This document shows positions 1-8,382 of a stretch of DNA of 38,943 bases, in pieces. Positions within the stretch are counted from its first letter, which is position 1; each line of letters opens with the position of its first letter. The position numbers were made by a program, and so were the translations under genes. The stretch comes from an uncultured Bacilli bacterium (GTDB lineage: Bacteria; Bacillota_I; Bacilli_A; RF39; UBA660): NCBI GenBank assembly GCA_944358125.1, contig CALVQM010000002.1, positions 1-38,943 of the forward strand. Direction: 5' to 3'. Below the pieces are notes generated by a model. It did not search any database. It saw only the letters and a program-made list of their open reading frames with translations, and was not told the DNA's origin.

Positions 1-18
1 AGCCAAACTTTTTAAAAT

Positions 19-61
19 CGACTGATAATATTATTCGACTGATAATTTGAATTATCAGTCG
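19..61. repeat. Triple 11-mer CGACTGATAAT (two direct copies plus one inverted copy forming a hairpin)
   Basis: CGACTGATAAT occurs at 19-29 and 36-46. Its reverse complement ATTATCAGTCG occurs at 51-61. Copies 36-46 and 51-61 form a perfect 11-bp stem with the 4-nt loop TTGA. No T-run follows on either strand. Confidence 0.7.
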
Positions 62-133
62 CGATAGATAATTTGTAGTAGTATCTTAAAATGACTCATT
101 CATGTGTTATTTTAACTTTTAACTAAAAATAAA

Positions 134-162
134 TTGAAAAGCCCACTAAAATATCTTATAAT
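134..162 (+). promoter_or_regulatory. Sigma-A type promoter for the first gene
   Basis: TTGAAA (134-139), a 17-nt spacer, then TATAAT (157-162). The RBS AGGTGA (174-179) and the ATG at 185 follow. Confidence 0.55.
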
Positions 163-184
163 AATTTTAAGATAGGTGAAGCAT

Positions 185-730
185 ATGAAATTTTTAAAAT
201 TTTTAGTATCGTTTATTCAAAAGATAATTGGTTTTGTAAATATTTTCTTAATTTTAATTATTGTTTTAAATTTAGTAAATATTATCGCATCTAAAGTCCA
301 AGATAATAGTTATATTTCCTTTTTAGGATATACTTATGTAAATATTGAAAGTGATAATAAAGAGTTAGATTTAGAAAAAGGAGATTTTGTTTTAGTTGAT
401 TTAAATAGAGCAGGTATGAATGATGATATGATACTTTATCAAGAAGATGATGAACTAAAATTAGGTAATATTACTGCAATTGGAACTGAAGATGTTTTAT
501 TAGATGAAGAAACTCATGTAGATAAAGAGAGTGTATTAGGAACAGTGGTATCTATAATTCCTATACTAGGTACTATTCTAACTGTCTTATTAGATTCCCA
601 AATTTTCTTTTGGGCTATCATTATTTTAATTGCTACAAGTATTATTCAAACTCTTTTAAGTAGAGCTTTTAAAGCTATTAAAGCTCCAAAACCAGATTTA
701 AATCAAATAAGTAAAGAGGACATGCCTTAA
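185..730 (+). CDS. Membrane protein with SipW/archaeal-type signal peptidase (S26B)-like architecture but no recognisable catalytic Ser/His
   Basis: The ORF track gives 176-730. The ATG at 185 has better RBS spacing. The protein has N- and C-terminal TM helices flanking a soluble core. FLGYTYVNIESDNKELDLEKGDFVLVD lines up by eye with B. subtilis SipW FGYQFKTVLSGSMEPEFKTGSLILVKE, but the SGSMEP and THR motifs are absent. Confidence 0.55.
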   Translation: MKFLKFLVSFIQKIIGFVNIFLILIIVLNLVNIIASKVQDNSYISFLGYTYVNIESDNKELDLEKGDFVLVDLNRAGMNDDMILYQEDDELKLGNITAIGTEDVLLDEETHVDKESVLGTVVSIIPILGTILTVLLDSQIFFWAIIILIATSIIQTLLSRAFKAIKAPKPDLNQISKEDMP

Positions 731-747
731 ATTTCCTCTTTATTTTT
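713..747 (+). terminator. Rho-independent terminator overlapping the stop codon of the first gene
   Basis: AAAGAGGA (713-720) pairs with TCCTCTTT (734-741) around a 13-nt loop. ATTTTTG follows. Confidence 0.5.
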
Positions 748-802
748 GTCGAATTTTGTAGTAAAATGAATAACTGTACTTTATTGGAGAGGGGAAATGT
801 TT

Positions 803-2209
803 ATGAAAAAAACAAAAATTATATGTAGTATTGGACCTGCTACAAACACAAAAGAAGTATTTAGATCGTTAGTTCATGCTGGAATGAATGTTGCTCGTGT
901 TAACTTTTCACATGCAACCATAGAAGAAAGAGAAACTGTTCGCGATTTAGTCGCATGGATTAATGAAGAAGAAAATGTTAATATTGGTTTACTTTATGAT
1001 ACCAAAGGTCCAGAATTTAGAAATGGTGAAGTAGTAGAAGGTGGCATTAATTTAGTACCGGGAAATACTATTAAAGTAGTAAAAGAAAGTGTAATTGGTA
1101 ATGATGAACGCTTTAGTGTAAATCACCCTGAAGCTTTAGACAGTCTAAATGTTGGTAGTGTTATCCAACTTGAAAACGGTTTAATGAAAATTGAAGTTAT
1201 AAGTAAAGAAACCGATGGTGTTACTTGTAAAGTTATCAATGGTGGTATTTTAGGAAGCAAAAAGAGTCTTTTTGTTCCTGGTGTAAAACTAGATATTCCT
1301 TTTATTAGTGATATAGACCGTGAAGATATTATTTATGCTTGTAAGAACAATGGTGATTTTCTAGCTTTATCGTTTGTATCAACGAAAGAAGATGTTCTAG
1401 AAGCAAGAGAAATTTTAAAAGAGCAAAATAGTAATATGAAAATTATTGCTAAAATAGAAAGTAAAACAGGAATAGATAATTTAGATGAAATTTTAGAAGT
1501 AGCAGATGGTGTTATGGTAGCTCGTGGTGATCTTGGTGAAGAAGTTCCTATTTCTTTATTACCAGTATACCAAAAAAGAATTGTCAGAAAAGCAAGAGAA
1601 CATGGCAAATTCTGTATTGTTGCTACAGAAATGTTAGAAAGTATGAAGAAAAATTCTCGTCCAACTCGTGCTGAAGTTACAGATGTTGCTAACGCTGTAT
1701 TAGATGGTACTGATGCTGTTATGTTAAGTGGCGAAACAACGGTTGGAGCATACCCAGTAGAAACGGTTACTTATATGGCAAACATTGCTAGTGATGCCGA
1801 AGTTCACAGTGAAAATCATTTTGGCTATTTAGGTAAAATTGGTCGTACTGAATGTATTGCTAAAAGTGCTGTTGATTTAACTAATTATGTTGATGTAAAA
1901 GCTATTGTAGCTGAAGCTATTAGTGGTTATAGTACCCGTATGATTAGTAACTTTAGACCAAAATGTCCAATTCTTGCAACTTGTACAACTCCTGAAGTAG
2001 CTAGAAGTCTAGCTCTAAATTATGGTGTTTATACGACATTAGTACCACTTATGGACGATACAGATGAACTAGTAGATTTAGTAAGAGACAAAGCTATTGA
2101 ATATTTTAATCTTAATAATGATGATAAAATTATTATCACGGGTGGACTTCCTGCCGTTAATAATGTAAGATTAACAAACTTCTTAAAAATTGAAGAAATA
2201 AATAAATAA
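803..2209 (+). CDS. pyk: Pyruvate kinase
   Basis: The N-terminus KKTKIICSIGPA, the MVARGDLG motif and a length of about 468 aa fit pyruvate kinase. The RBS GGAGAGGGG (786-794) favours the ATG at 803 over 797. Confidence 0.95.
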   Translation: MKKTKIICSIGPATNTKEVFRSLVHAGMNVARVNFSHATIEERETVRDLVAWINEEENVNIGLLYDTKGPEFRNGEVVEGGINLVPGNTIKVVKESVIGNDERFSVNHPEALDSLNVGSVIQLENGLMKIEVISKETDGVTCKVINGGILGSKKSLFVPGVKLDIPFISDIDREDIIYACKNNGDFLALSFVSTKEDVLEAREILKEQNSNMKIIAKIESKTGIDNLDEILEVADGVMVARGDLGEEVPISLLPVYQKRIVRKAREHGKFCIVATEMLESMKKNSRPTRAEVTDVANAVLDGTDAVMLSGETTVGAYPVETVTYMANIASDAEVHSENHFGYLGKIGRTECIAKSAVDLTNYVDVKAIVAEAISGYSTRMISNFRPKCPILATCTTPEVARSLALNYGVYTTLVPLMDDTDELVDLVRDKAIEYFNLNNDDKIIITGGLPAVNNVRLTNFLKIEEINK

Positions 2210-2222
2210 TAATGGTGATGAT

Positions 2223-2705
2223 ATGGACATATGTTTTAAAGAGGCTAATTACACATTTAATTTTCGTGTAGCAGCTCTAATTAAAAATGGTAATAAAATA
2301 CTGGTAGAAAAAAATAATGCGGTAGATTATTATGGTTTAGTTGGAGGCAGATGTAAACTTGGTGAAGATAGTATCACGGCTTTAATAAGAGAAATTAAAG
2401 AAGAAACGGGAGAAGACGTGAGTTTTATAAGAAGTGTTGGAATGTTAGAAAACTTCTTTATATCTCGCTATACCAATAGTCCATATCATGAAATTTTAAT
2501 CATTCATGAATTAGAATTTATAAACAAAGAAATATATCAAAAAGACGAAATAATAAATTTAGAAGAAGAAGGTAATGCCAAATTTTATTGGCGTGAGATA
2601 TCTTCATTAGATAAATGTAAACCCAAAATTGTATTTGAACATTTAAATGATGAAGCTTTCTTTCATTTAATTGCCAAAGATGAAAAATTAAAAGATCAAG
2701 TGTAA
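2223..2705 (+). CDS. NUDIX hydrolase
   Basis: A Nudix box is present: GGRCKLGEDSITALIREIKEETGE (GX5EX7REUXEEXGU). Confidence 0.85.
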   Translation: MDICFKEANYTFNFRVAALIKNGNKILVEKNNAVDYYGLVGGRCKLGEDSITALIREIKEETGEDVSFIRSVGMLENFFISRYTNSPYHEILIIHELEFINKEIYQKDEIINLEEEGNAKFYWREISSLDKCKPKIVFEHLNDEAFFHLIAKDEKLKDQV

Positions 2706-2710
2706 ATAAG

Positions 2711-2741
2711 TGAATAACTTTGAATAACTTTGAATAAACTT
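2711..2741 (+). repeat. Three tandem copies of TGAATAA(A)CTT upstream of clpC (candidate operator)
   Basis: TGAATAACTT occurs at 2711-2720 and 2721-2730, and TGAATAAACTT at 2731-2741. This can be read as TTTGAAT-AAC-TTTGAAT heptads with a 3-nt spacer. Confidence 0.7.
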
Positions 2742-2787
2742 GGTCTTTTTTTTACATGATTAGAATAGAATGAATTGGAGGCTCATT

Positions 2788-4926
2788 ATGTTTAATAATT
2801 TTGGTTTTATAGGTAGTAAAATTTTAAAAGATGCAGAAGAAGAACGCAAAAATTTATCTCATCCCTATGTTGGAAGTGAACATTTATTATTAGCTATACT
2901 AAAAAATAAAAGTAAAACGAAAGAAATACTAGAAGATTATGGTTTAACCTACAAAAAATTTCGCCAAGAACTAATTGATATTGTAGGTATCCCAAAAAAG
3001 AATATTGAGGTAAATTTATATACTCCCTTATTAAAAAGAATTTTATCTAGTGCCTTAAGTGATGCGAAAGAAAATAATAAAGGAGTAGTAACAGAAAGTC
3101 ATTTAATTGTAGCTTTACTAGATGAAGGAGAAGGAATTGCTATTCGTATTATGATAGGTATGAATATAAATATAGATGATTTATATGATGAGCTACGCGT
3201 TAAGCCTCAAGATATTAAAAAAGAAAAGTTAGAAATATTTAATATTGGTCGCGTATTAAATGATAAAGTAGAAGAATTTGATGAAGTAATAGGAAGAGAC
3301 AAAGAAATTAATGAAGTAATAGAAGTATTACTTCGCAAGAAAAAAAGCAATCCTCTACTTATTGGTCCTGCTGGTGTAGGAAAAACGGCTATAGTAGAAG
3401 AACTAGCTAAAAGAATAAATGCTAAAGATGTCCCATTTCCTTTATTAAATAAAAAAATTATTGATCTACCTATGGGCGATTTAGTAAGTGGTACCAAATA
3501 TCGTGGTGAATTTGAAGAAAGACTCACCAAAATTATTAAAGAAGTAATCAAAAATAAAGATATAATTTTATTTATTGATGAAGTTCATACGATGGTAAAT
3601 GCTGGAGGAGCCGAAGGCGCTATCAATGCAGGTGACATATTAAAACCTTATTTAGCACGAGGAGAATTAAAAGTTATTGGAGCGACTACTACCGAAGAAT
3701 ATGAGAAATTTATTGCCAAAGATAAAGCTTTAGAACGAAGATTTGAAACTATTTTTGTGAAAGAACCAACTCTTGATGAAACCAAAGAGATATTACTTGG
3801 CTTAAAATCTAGTTATGAAAATCATCATAATATCAAAATAACTAATAAAAATATTGATGATATAGTTTTTTTAGCTAATAAATATTTATTTAAAAAGAAA
3901 AATCCCGATAAAACAATAGACTTACTAGATAGCATTTGTGCTTATGTCAAAAGAAAAAATATTTTAAAAGAAGATTTAATAGCGTTAGAACAAAAAGTAG
4001 AAGCATTAACCAAACAAAAAGAAAAGTATGTTTTAGATAATTTATTTGATAAAGCCTTGGATACATGCCTAAAACTAAATGAAATTGAACAAGAAATAAA
4101 TGCTTTAAAACAAAACAAAAGTGATGAAATAACCTATATGGATATCTTAAAAGTAATTGAACAAAAAAGTAACATTCCTCTATTTATTAACAAAGATGAA
4201 TTACTAAATAAAATAAAAGAAGCATTATTTGTTAATATTTTATATGAAGATAAAGCTTTAAATAAACTAATAGATAATTTAAAAATCTTTTATAATAATG
4301 AACGAAGTCTAAAACTTTTACTAACAGGACCTAGTGGTGTCGGAAAAACATCTTGTGTTAAAATTTTAAAGGAAGTAACTAAAAATAATTTAATTCGTCT
4401 TGATATGAGTGAATATAAAGATCAAACTTCTTTAAGTAAGCTTATTGGTACGCATGGTGGTTATATCGGTTATAATGATCCTTTTATATTTAAAGAAGTT
4501 AAATATAATCCATATTCCATAATATTAGTAGATGAACTTGAAAAAGCTCATTCCAGCATTATAAATTTATTCTTACAAATTATGGACGAAGGTTTTATTC
4601 ATGATGCTCATGGAGAAACAATCGATTTTTCTCATACGCTAATTATTATGACATCGAATGTTGGTGGAAAAGAAAATGTTGGTTTTATAAATCAAGGATC
4701 AGAAGAATTACAAGAATTTTTCAGTGAAGAATTTTTAGGAAGATTTGATGATATAATTAGTTTTAATAAAATAACTAAAGAACAAGCCCTAACATTTCTA
4801 AAAACAAAGCTAAAAGATGATACTATAAATTATGAAGAATTATTAAAAGATACTTCCTATGAAAAATATGGTTTTCGTTATTTAAAGAAACTTATAGATA
4901 AATACCAATTAAAAATAAAAAACTAA
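2788..4926 (+). CDS. clpC: ClpC-type AAA+ ATPase (Clp protease ATP-binding subunit)
   Basis: Clp_N repeats are present (HPYVGSEHLLLAIL, VTESHLIVALL). There are two Walker A motifs (GPAGVGKTA, GPSGVGKTS) and Walker B motifs (LFIDEVH, ILVDELEKAH). A UVR-like coiled coil lies between D1 and D2, and a ClpP-docking VGF loop (ENVGFIN) is present. The RBS GGAGG (2776-2780) favours the ATG at 2788. Confidence 0.9.
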   Translation: MFNNFGFIGSKILKDAEEERKNLSHPYVGSEHLLLAILKNKSKTKEILEDYGLTYKKFRQELIDIVGIPKKNIEVNLYTPLLKRILSSALSDAKENNKGVVTESHLIVALLDEGEGIAIRIMIGMNINIDDLYDELRVKPQDIKKEKLEIFNIGRVLNDKVEEFDEVIGRDKEINEVIEVLLRKKKSNPLLIGPAGVGKTAIVEELAKRINAKDVPFPLLNKKIIDLPMGDLVSGTKYRGEFEERLTKIIKEVIKNKDIILFIDEVHTMVNAGGAEGAINAGDILKPYLARGELKVIGATTTEEYEKFIAKDKALERRFETIFVKEPTLDETKEILLGLKSSYENHHNIKITNKNIDDIVFLANKYLFKKKNPDKTIDLLDSICAYVKRKNILKEDLIALEQKVEALTKQKEKYVLDNLFDKALDTCLKLNEIEQEINALKQNKSDEITYMDILKVIEQKSNIPLFINKDELLNKIKEALFVNILYEDKALNKLIDNLKIFYNNERSLKLLLTGPSGVGKTSCVKILKEVTKNNLIRLDMSEYKDQTSLSKLIGTHGGYIGYNDPFIFKEVKYNPYSIILVDELEKAHSSIINLFLQIMDEGFIHDAHGETIDFSHTLIIMTSNVGGKENVGFINQGSEELQEFFSEEFLGRFDDIISFNKITKEQALTFLKTKLKDDTINYEELLKDTSYEKYGFRYLKKLIDKYQLKIKN

Positions 4927-4934
4927 TGGAAATT

Positions 4935-4957
4935 ACGAGTAAAAAACTCGTTTTTTT
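4935..4957 (+). terminator. Rho-independent terminator of clpC
   Basis: ACGAGT (4935-4940) pairs with ACTCGT (4946-4951) around the loop AAAAA. A T7 run follows. Confidence 0.7.
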
Positions 4958-5011
4958 CTTGCCATGATCTGATTTTTCTGCTATTCTTAAATAGTAGGGA
5001 GTGTGTTTGAA

Positions 5012-6319
5012 ATGAAAATAAATTTAGATCCTAATTCCGGATTTCTAACAAAGGATAAAAAGAAGTTTGATAAAAAACTAGCTTTATATGATACAGGCGT
5101 AAAAGCTGCTGTATGCTTTAAAGATGGAAATATTACTCCAGAAGATATTAGAGCTACCGAAACAGAAGCCAAAATCATTAAAAGAGGTATAAACACCATT
5201 TTATCTGATCATACCTCTCCAAGTGAACAACCAACGGTATCTTTAGAAATTACTGGTATTCCTAAAATATTATGTATGATTTTAAATAATGAACACTTAT
5301 ATGCTGCTGATGAAAGATCTTTAAGATATACCGAGGTTAAAGAAAGTAGTTATATAAGTAAAAAAGAAGTAGAATTATATAATAAATGGTTATCTATTTT
5401 TATATCTATATTAAATACCAAATATTTAGACTTTTTCTTAAAATATAATAAAGGTTCAACAAAAGAACAAACTACTAAAAAAGCTTCTAATGCTATTAAA
5501 AAGTTAGCTCAAGAAAATGCTCGTTATATGGTAAGTGTTTTTATGCCTACAACTTTAACTTATACAGTACCTCTAGCTCAAATAAATAAAATATGTTTAT
5601 ATATGGATCGTATTATTGCTGATCCTCATAATGAATTTGAACAATTATTAATTCCGTATTTAAAAGAATTTATCGAAAATTTAAAAGATTTAGATGTTTT
5701 AGTAACCAAACATGATGTCATAAAACTTTGTCCCGATTTAGCCCAAGAAGATAGTGATACACTGCTATATCAAAATAATAAATCGATTGATTTATCTTTA
5801 TTTGCCGAACGAAACAAATTCTCAGGTATTAATCTACCAAATGAATATGGCACAACTTTTAGTTACAATATGGAAATTTCTTTAGCCAGTCTAGCTCAAT
5901 TCCATCGCCACCGGACGATTAATTATGAAATGCTTACACCAAATAAAAAAAATATGCAATTCTATATTCCTTTATTATTAGAGGATAACCCCGTTTTATC
6001 TAAAGAATGGCAAGAAGATATTTTAAGCGTAAAAAATGTATATCCCCAAGGAACTATTGTTAAAGTTAATGCGAATGGTCCATTAAAACATTTAGTAAAT
6101 TATGTTGGCAAAGAACGGGCCTGTGATAGAGCATTTCTAGAAACAGAAGATATGTTTACTAATGTTTTCTTACCTGATATTTATGCTGGATTATTAAATA
6201 GTGGAAAAACAAAGTTAGCTGATACCCTAAAACCATATGTTGGTCGTCTAAGATGCATGTATCCCGATTATAATTGCCCAACTCCATGTGGTCATGCTAG
6301 AATTAGAAGAAAGTTTTAG
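5012..6319 (+). CDS. thyX: Flavin-dependent thymidylate synthase (ThyX/Thy1)-like protein, double-length divergent form
   Basis: The C-terminal half has FHRHRTINYEML...FYIP, colinear by eye with T. maritima ThyX [25 protein letters not shown]. The N-terminal half has DHTSPSEQ...GIPKILCMILNNEHLYAADERSLRY, colinear with GHETPFEH...[14 protein letters not shown]. The RBS AGGGAG (4996-5001) favours the ATG at 5012. Confidence 0.55.
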   Translation: MKINLDPNSGFLTKDKKKFDKKLALYDTGVKAAVCFKDGNITPEDIRATETEAKIIKRGINTILSDHTSPSEQPTVSLEITGIPKILCMILNNEHLYAADERSLRYTEVKESSYISKKEVELYNKWLSIFISILNTKYLDFFLKYNKGSTKEQTTKKASNAIKKLAQENARYMVSVFMPTTLTYTVPLAQINKICLYMDRIIADPHNEFEQLLIPYLKEFIENLKDLDVLVTKHDVIKLCPDLAQEDSDTLLYQNNKSIDLSLFAERNKFSGINLPNEYGTTFSYNMEISLASLAQFHRHRTINYEMLTPNKKNMQFYIPLLLEDNPVLSKEWQEDILSVKNVYPQGTIVKVNANGPLKHLVNYVGKERACDRAFLETEDMFTNVFLPDIYAGLLNSGKTKLADTLKPYVGRLRCMYPDYNCPTPCGHARIRRKF

Positions 6320-6327
6320 GAGGATTT

Positions 6328-7020
6328 ATGAAAGGTAAATTAATTATTATTGAAGGAACAGATTGCTCCGGAAAAGAAACGCAAAGCAAATTATTAGAAG
6401 AAAAACTAAAAAAGGAAGGCAAAAAAGTAGCTCGTATATCATTTCCTATGTATGATACCCCATCAGGTCGTATCGTTGGTGCTTGCTTACTTGGTAAATC
6501 ATATTTATGTGCAGAATATTTAAAAGAAAATCACAGCTTTTTTCCTGAAGGTGGCGGAAAAATTGATGCTTTAGCGGCTTTATGTTATTATGCTGCTGAT
6601 CGAAGATATAACCTACCTATTATTGAAAAGTACTTACAAGAAGGCTATATTCTAATTATTGATCGCTATGTAACAAGTAATATGGCTCATCGGGGAGGAT
6701 TATTAAAAACCAAAGAAGAACGCTTAAAAATGTATCAAAAAATAGAAACTTTAGAATATAACTTACTAGAACTACCTAGACCAGATCAAGTAATATTATT
6801 ATACATGCCTTATGAATATGCCTGTCTTTTAAAAAAAGAAAGAAACGAATTACCAGATGAAGCTGAACAAGATGAAGAATACTTAAAAAGGGGAGAACAA
6901 GCTTATTTAGAATTAGCTAATCTTTATCATTATGATATTATTAACTGTGTTAAAGATAATAAAATTAGAAGTATCGAAGAAATTAATGAAGATGTCTATG
7001 AACTAGTAAGGAAAAGATAA
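6328..7020 (+). CDS. tmk: Thymidylate (dTMP) kinase
   Basis: P-loop IIIEGTDCSGKETQ and the DRY motif (IIDRYVTSN) are present. There is an SFP...AADR region resembling eukaryotic/archaeal type-I TMPK. The RBS is AGGAGG. Confidence 0.85.
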   Translation: MKGKLIIIEGTDCSGKETQSKLLEEKLKKEGKKVARISFPMYDTPSGRIVGACLLGKSYLCAEYLKENHSFFPEGGGKIDALAALCYYAADRRYNLPIIEKYLQEGYILIIDRYVTSNMAHRGGLLKTKEERLKMYQKIETLEYNLLELPRPDQVILLYMPYEYACLLKKERNELPDEAEQDEEYLKRGEQAYLELANLYHYDIINCVKDNKIRSIEEINEDVYELVRKR

Positions 7021-7169
7021 TGAATTTGGAAGAAATATTTAATAAGGAAATAACTTTAGAAGAAAAAATAATTTATTATCATACCCTTTATAAAGAAGAG
7101 GCAAATGAAGAAATTAAAAAGATTATTTTAAATAAGCTAAAAGAATTATTAGAGGAATATGCTTCATGA
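7020..7169 (+). CDS. Small acidic helical protein (49 aa), below the ORF-track size cutoff
   Basis: My translation is MNLEEIFNKEITLEEKIIYYHTLYKEEANEEIKKIILNKLKELLEEYAS. Its ATG overlaps the tmk stop (TAATG at 7018-7022). Its TGA overlaps the next start (ATGA at 7166-7169). This suggests translational coupling on both sides. Confidence 0.35.
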   Translation: MNLEEIFNKEITLEEKIIYYHTLYKEEANEEIKKIILNKLKELLEEYAS

Positions 7170-8362
7170 ATGAACTAGAAAATTTCAATGTAGCTGAACT
7201 AACAAATTTATATGTTTGTTCTTCTTGTGGCAGCAAAGAATTTAATCGTGCTACATGTGTATATTGTGGTAATAAAAATGAAAAATTAGAAGCCAAAATT
7301 CTAAAGCTTGTATCTTTACTAAAAAATTACACTTATTTTAAATTAACACCAACTATAATATCTTTATATGCTCTAAAAGACTTGGTAAATATTAAAGAAT
7401 TAACAACCTTTTTAACTAAACATAATATTAAAGAAGAAATAGAGAGTCAAAAAGCCAAAATAATTACCAAAATAGAGAAACAAGAAAAATTAAGTTTGGA
7501 AGAAGAACAAATAAGCACTTCTTTAATAAAAAGTCATTTAATGTCTGATTTTCCTGTTAATTTAACTATCAAAAACATTTTATTAGGAAAAAAGCTAGTA
7601 AGTCTGGATTTCTTCTATGAAGTAATAAAACTATTTGTCGAAAATGCCATGTTATCTATTGCCGATAATCGCCTTCCTAAATACCAACCAACTTGTGAAA
7701 TTAAAGAAATGACCAATTTAGGAGGAGCCAGAAATACCAGTTATATTTATATAAGTAGTGATACAGTTAAAAAAATTTATCAAGGAAATCTTCATAATTT
7801 CCAAACTATCTTCCATGAATTAACCCATATTAAGCAAAATATAAATATTGCTCTAGATGTAGCTGATAGTAGAACAATAAGATATATAAAAGAAACTATA
7901 ATAGATGCCGTTTGCCAAGAACAAAATATTGATTTTTATCATTTAGAATATCAAAAATTATCCATGGAAATAGATGCCAATTTAGAAGGGTGGATCTATT
8001 TACGAAGATATTTAGAATATTTAGGCGTAATAGAAAAAAAGGGAAAAGTTTCTATTGAAGAAATAATAGTGGAATTAGAAAAAAAGACTAATTACAAAAT
8101 AAATGTTGCCGATTATGATTTTTTAAAACAAGAAGAACTAGATTTTGAAGAATTATTTTTAATATGCTTAAATAAAAAGCCTGAATACTTCGATTTATAT
8201 TCTCCTCTTAAGTTATTATATATTCGTGATAATGATACTATTAGAGCAAAAACTAAAGAAGAATTAATGGATACAATTAAATCTATCCAAGATATTAATA
8301 CTATTCGTTATTTAGTAGATGTAATGATTAAAGAAGAAAAAGAAAACTTAAATAGAAGCTGA
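7166..8362 (+). CDS. Zinc-ribbon plus HExxH (gluzincin-like) putative metallopeptidase, function unknown
   Basis: The N-terminus has CSSCGS...CVYCGN (two CxxC). HELTH occurs in IFHELTHIKQ, and a possible third ligand occurs in SMEIDAN about 50 aa downstream. Confidence 0.65.
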   Translation: MNELENFNVAELTNLYVCSSCGSKEFNRATCVYCGNKNEKLEAKILKLVSLLKNYTYFKLTPTIISLYALKDLVNIKELTTFLTKHNIKEEIESQKAKIITKIEKQEKLSLEEEQISTSLIKSHLMSDFPVNLTIKNILLGKKLVSLDFFYEVIKLFVENAMLSIADNRLPKYQPTCEIKEMTNLGGARNTSYIYISSDTVKKIYQGNLHNFQTIFHELTHIKQNINIALDVADSRTIRYIKETIIDAVCQEQNIDFYHLEYQKLSMEIDANLEGWIYLRRYLEYLGVIEKKGKVSIEEIIVELEKKTNYKINVADYDFLKQEELDFEELFLICLNKKPEYFDLYSPLKLLYIRDNDTIRAKTKEELMDTIKSIQDINTIRYLVDVMIKEEKENLNRS

Positions 8363-8382
8363 TCTTAATAATTAGCTTCTAT
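8352..8382. terminator. Bidirectional hairpin shared by two convergent gene ends
   Basis: ATAGAAGCT (8352-8360) pairs with AGCTTCTAT (8374-8382) around a 13-nt loop. Both stop codons lie within or next to the stem. Confidence 0.45.

Noticed and set aside
2740-2771. A clear sigma-A promoter for clpC
   Set aside because: The candidates (TTGGTC with TAGAAT at 2761 or 2766) have 15- or 20-nt spacers and would leave almost no leader before the RBS. I could not settle on one, so none is listed.
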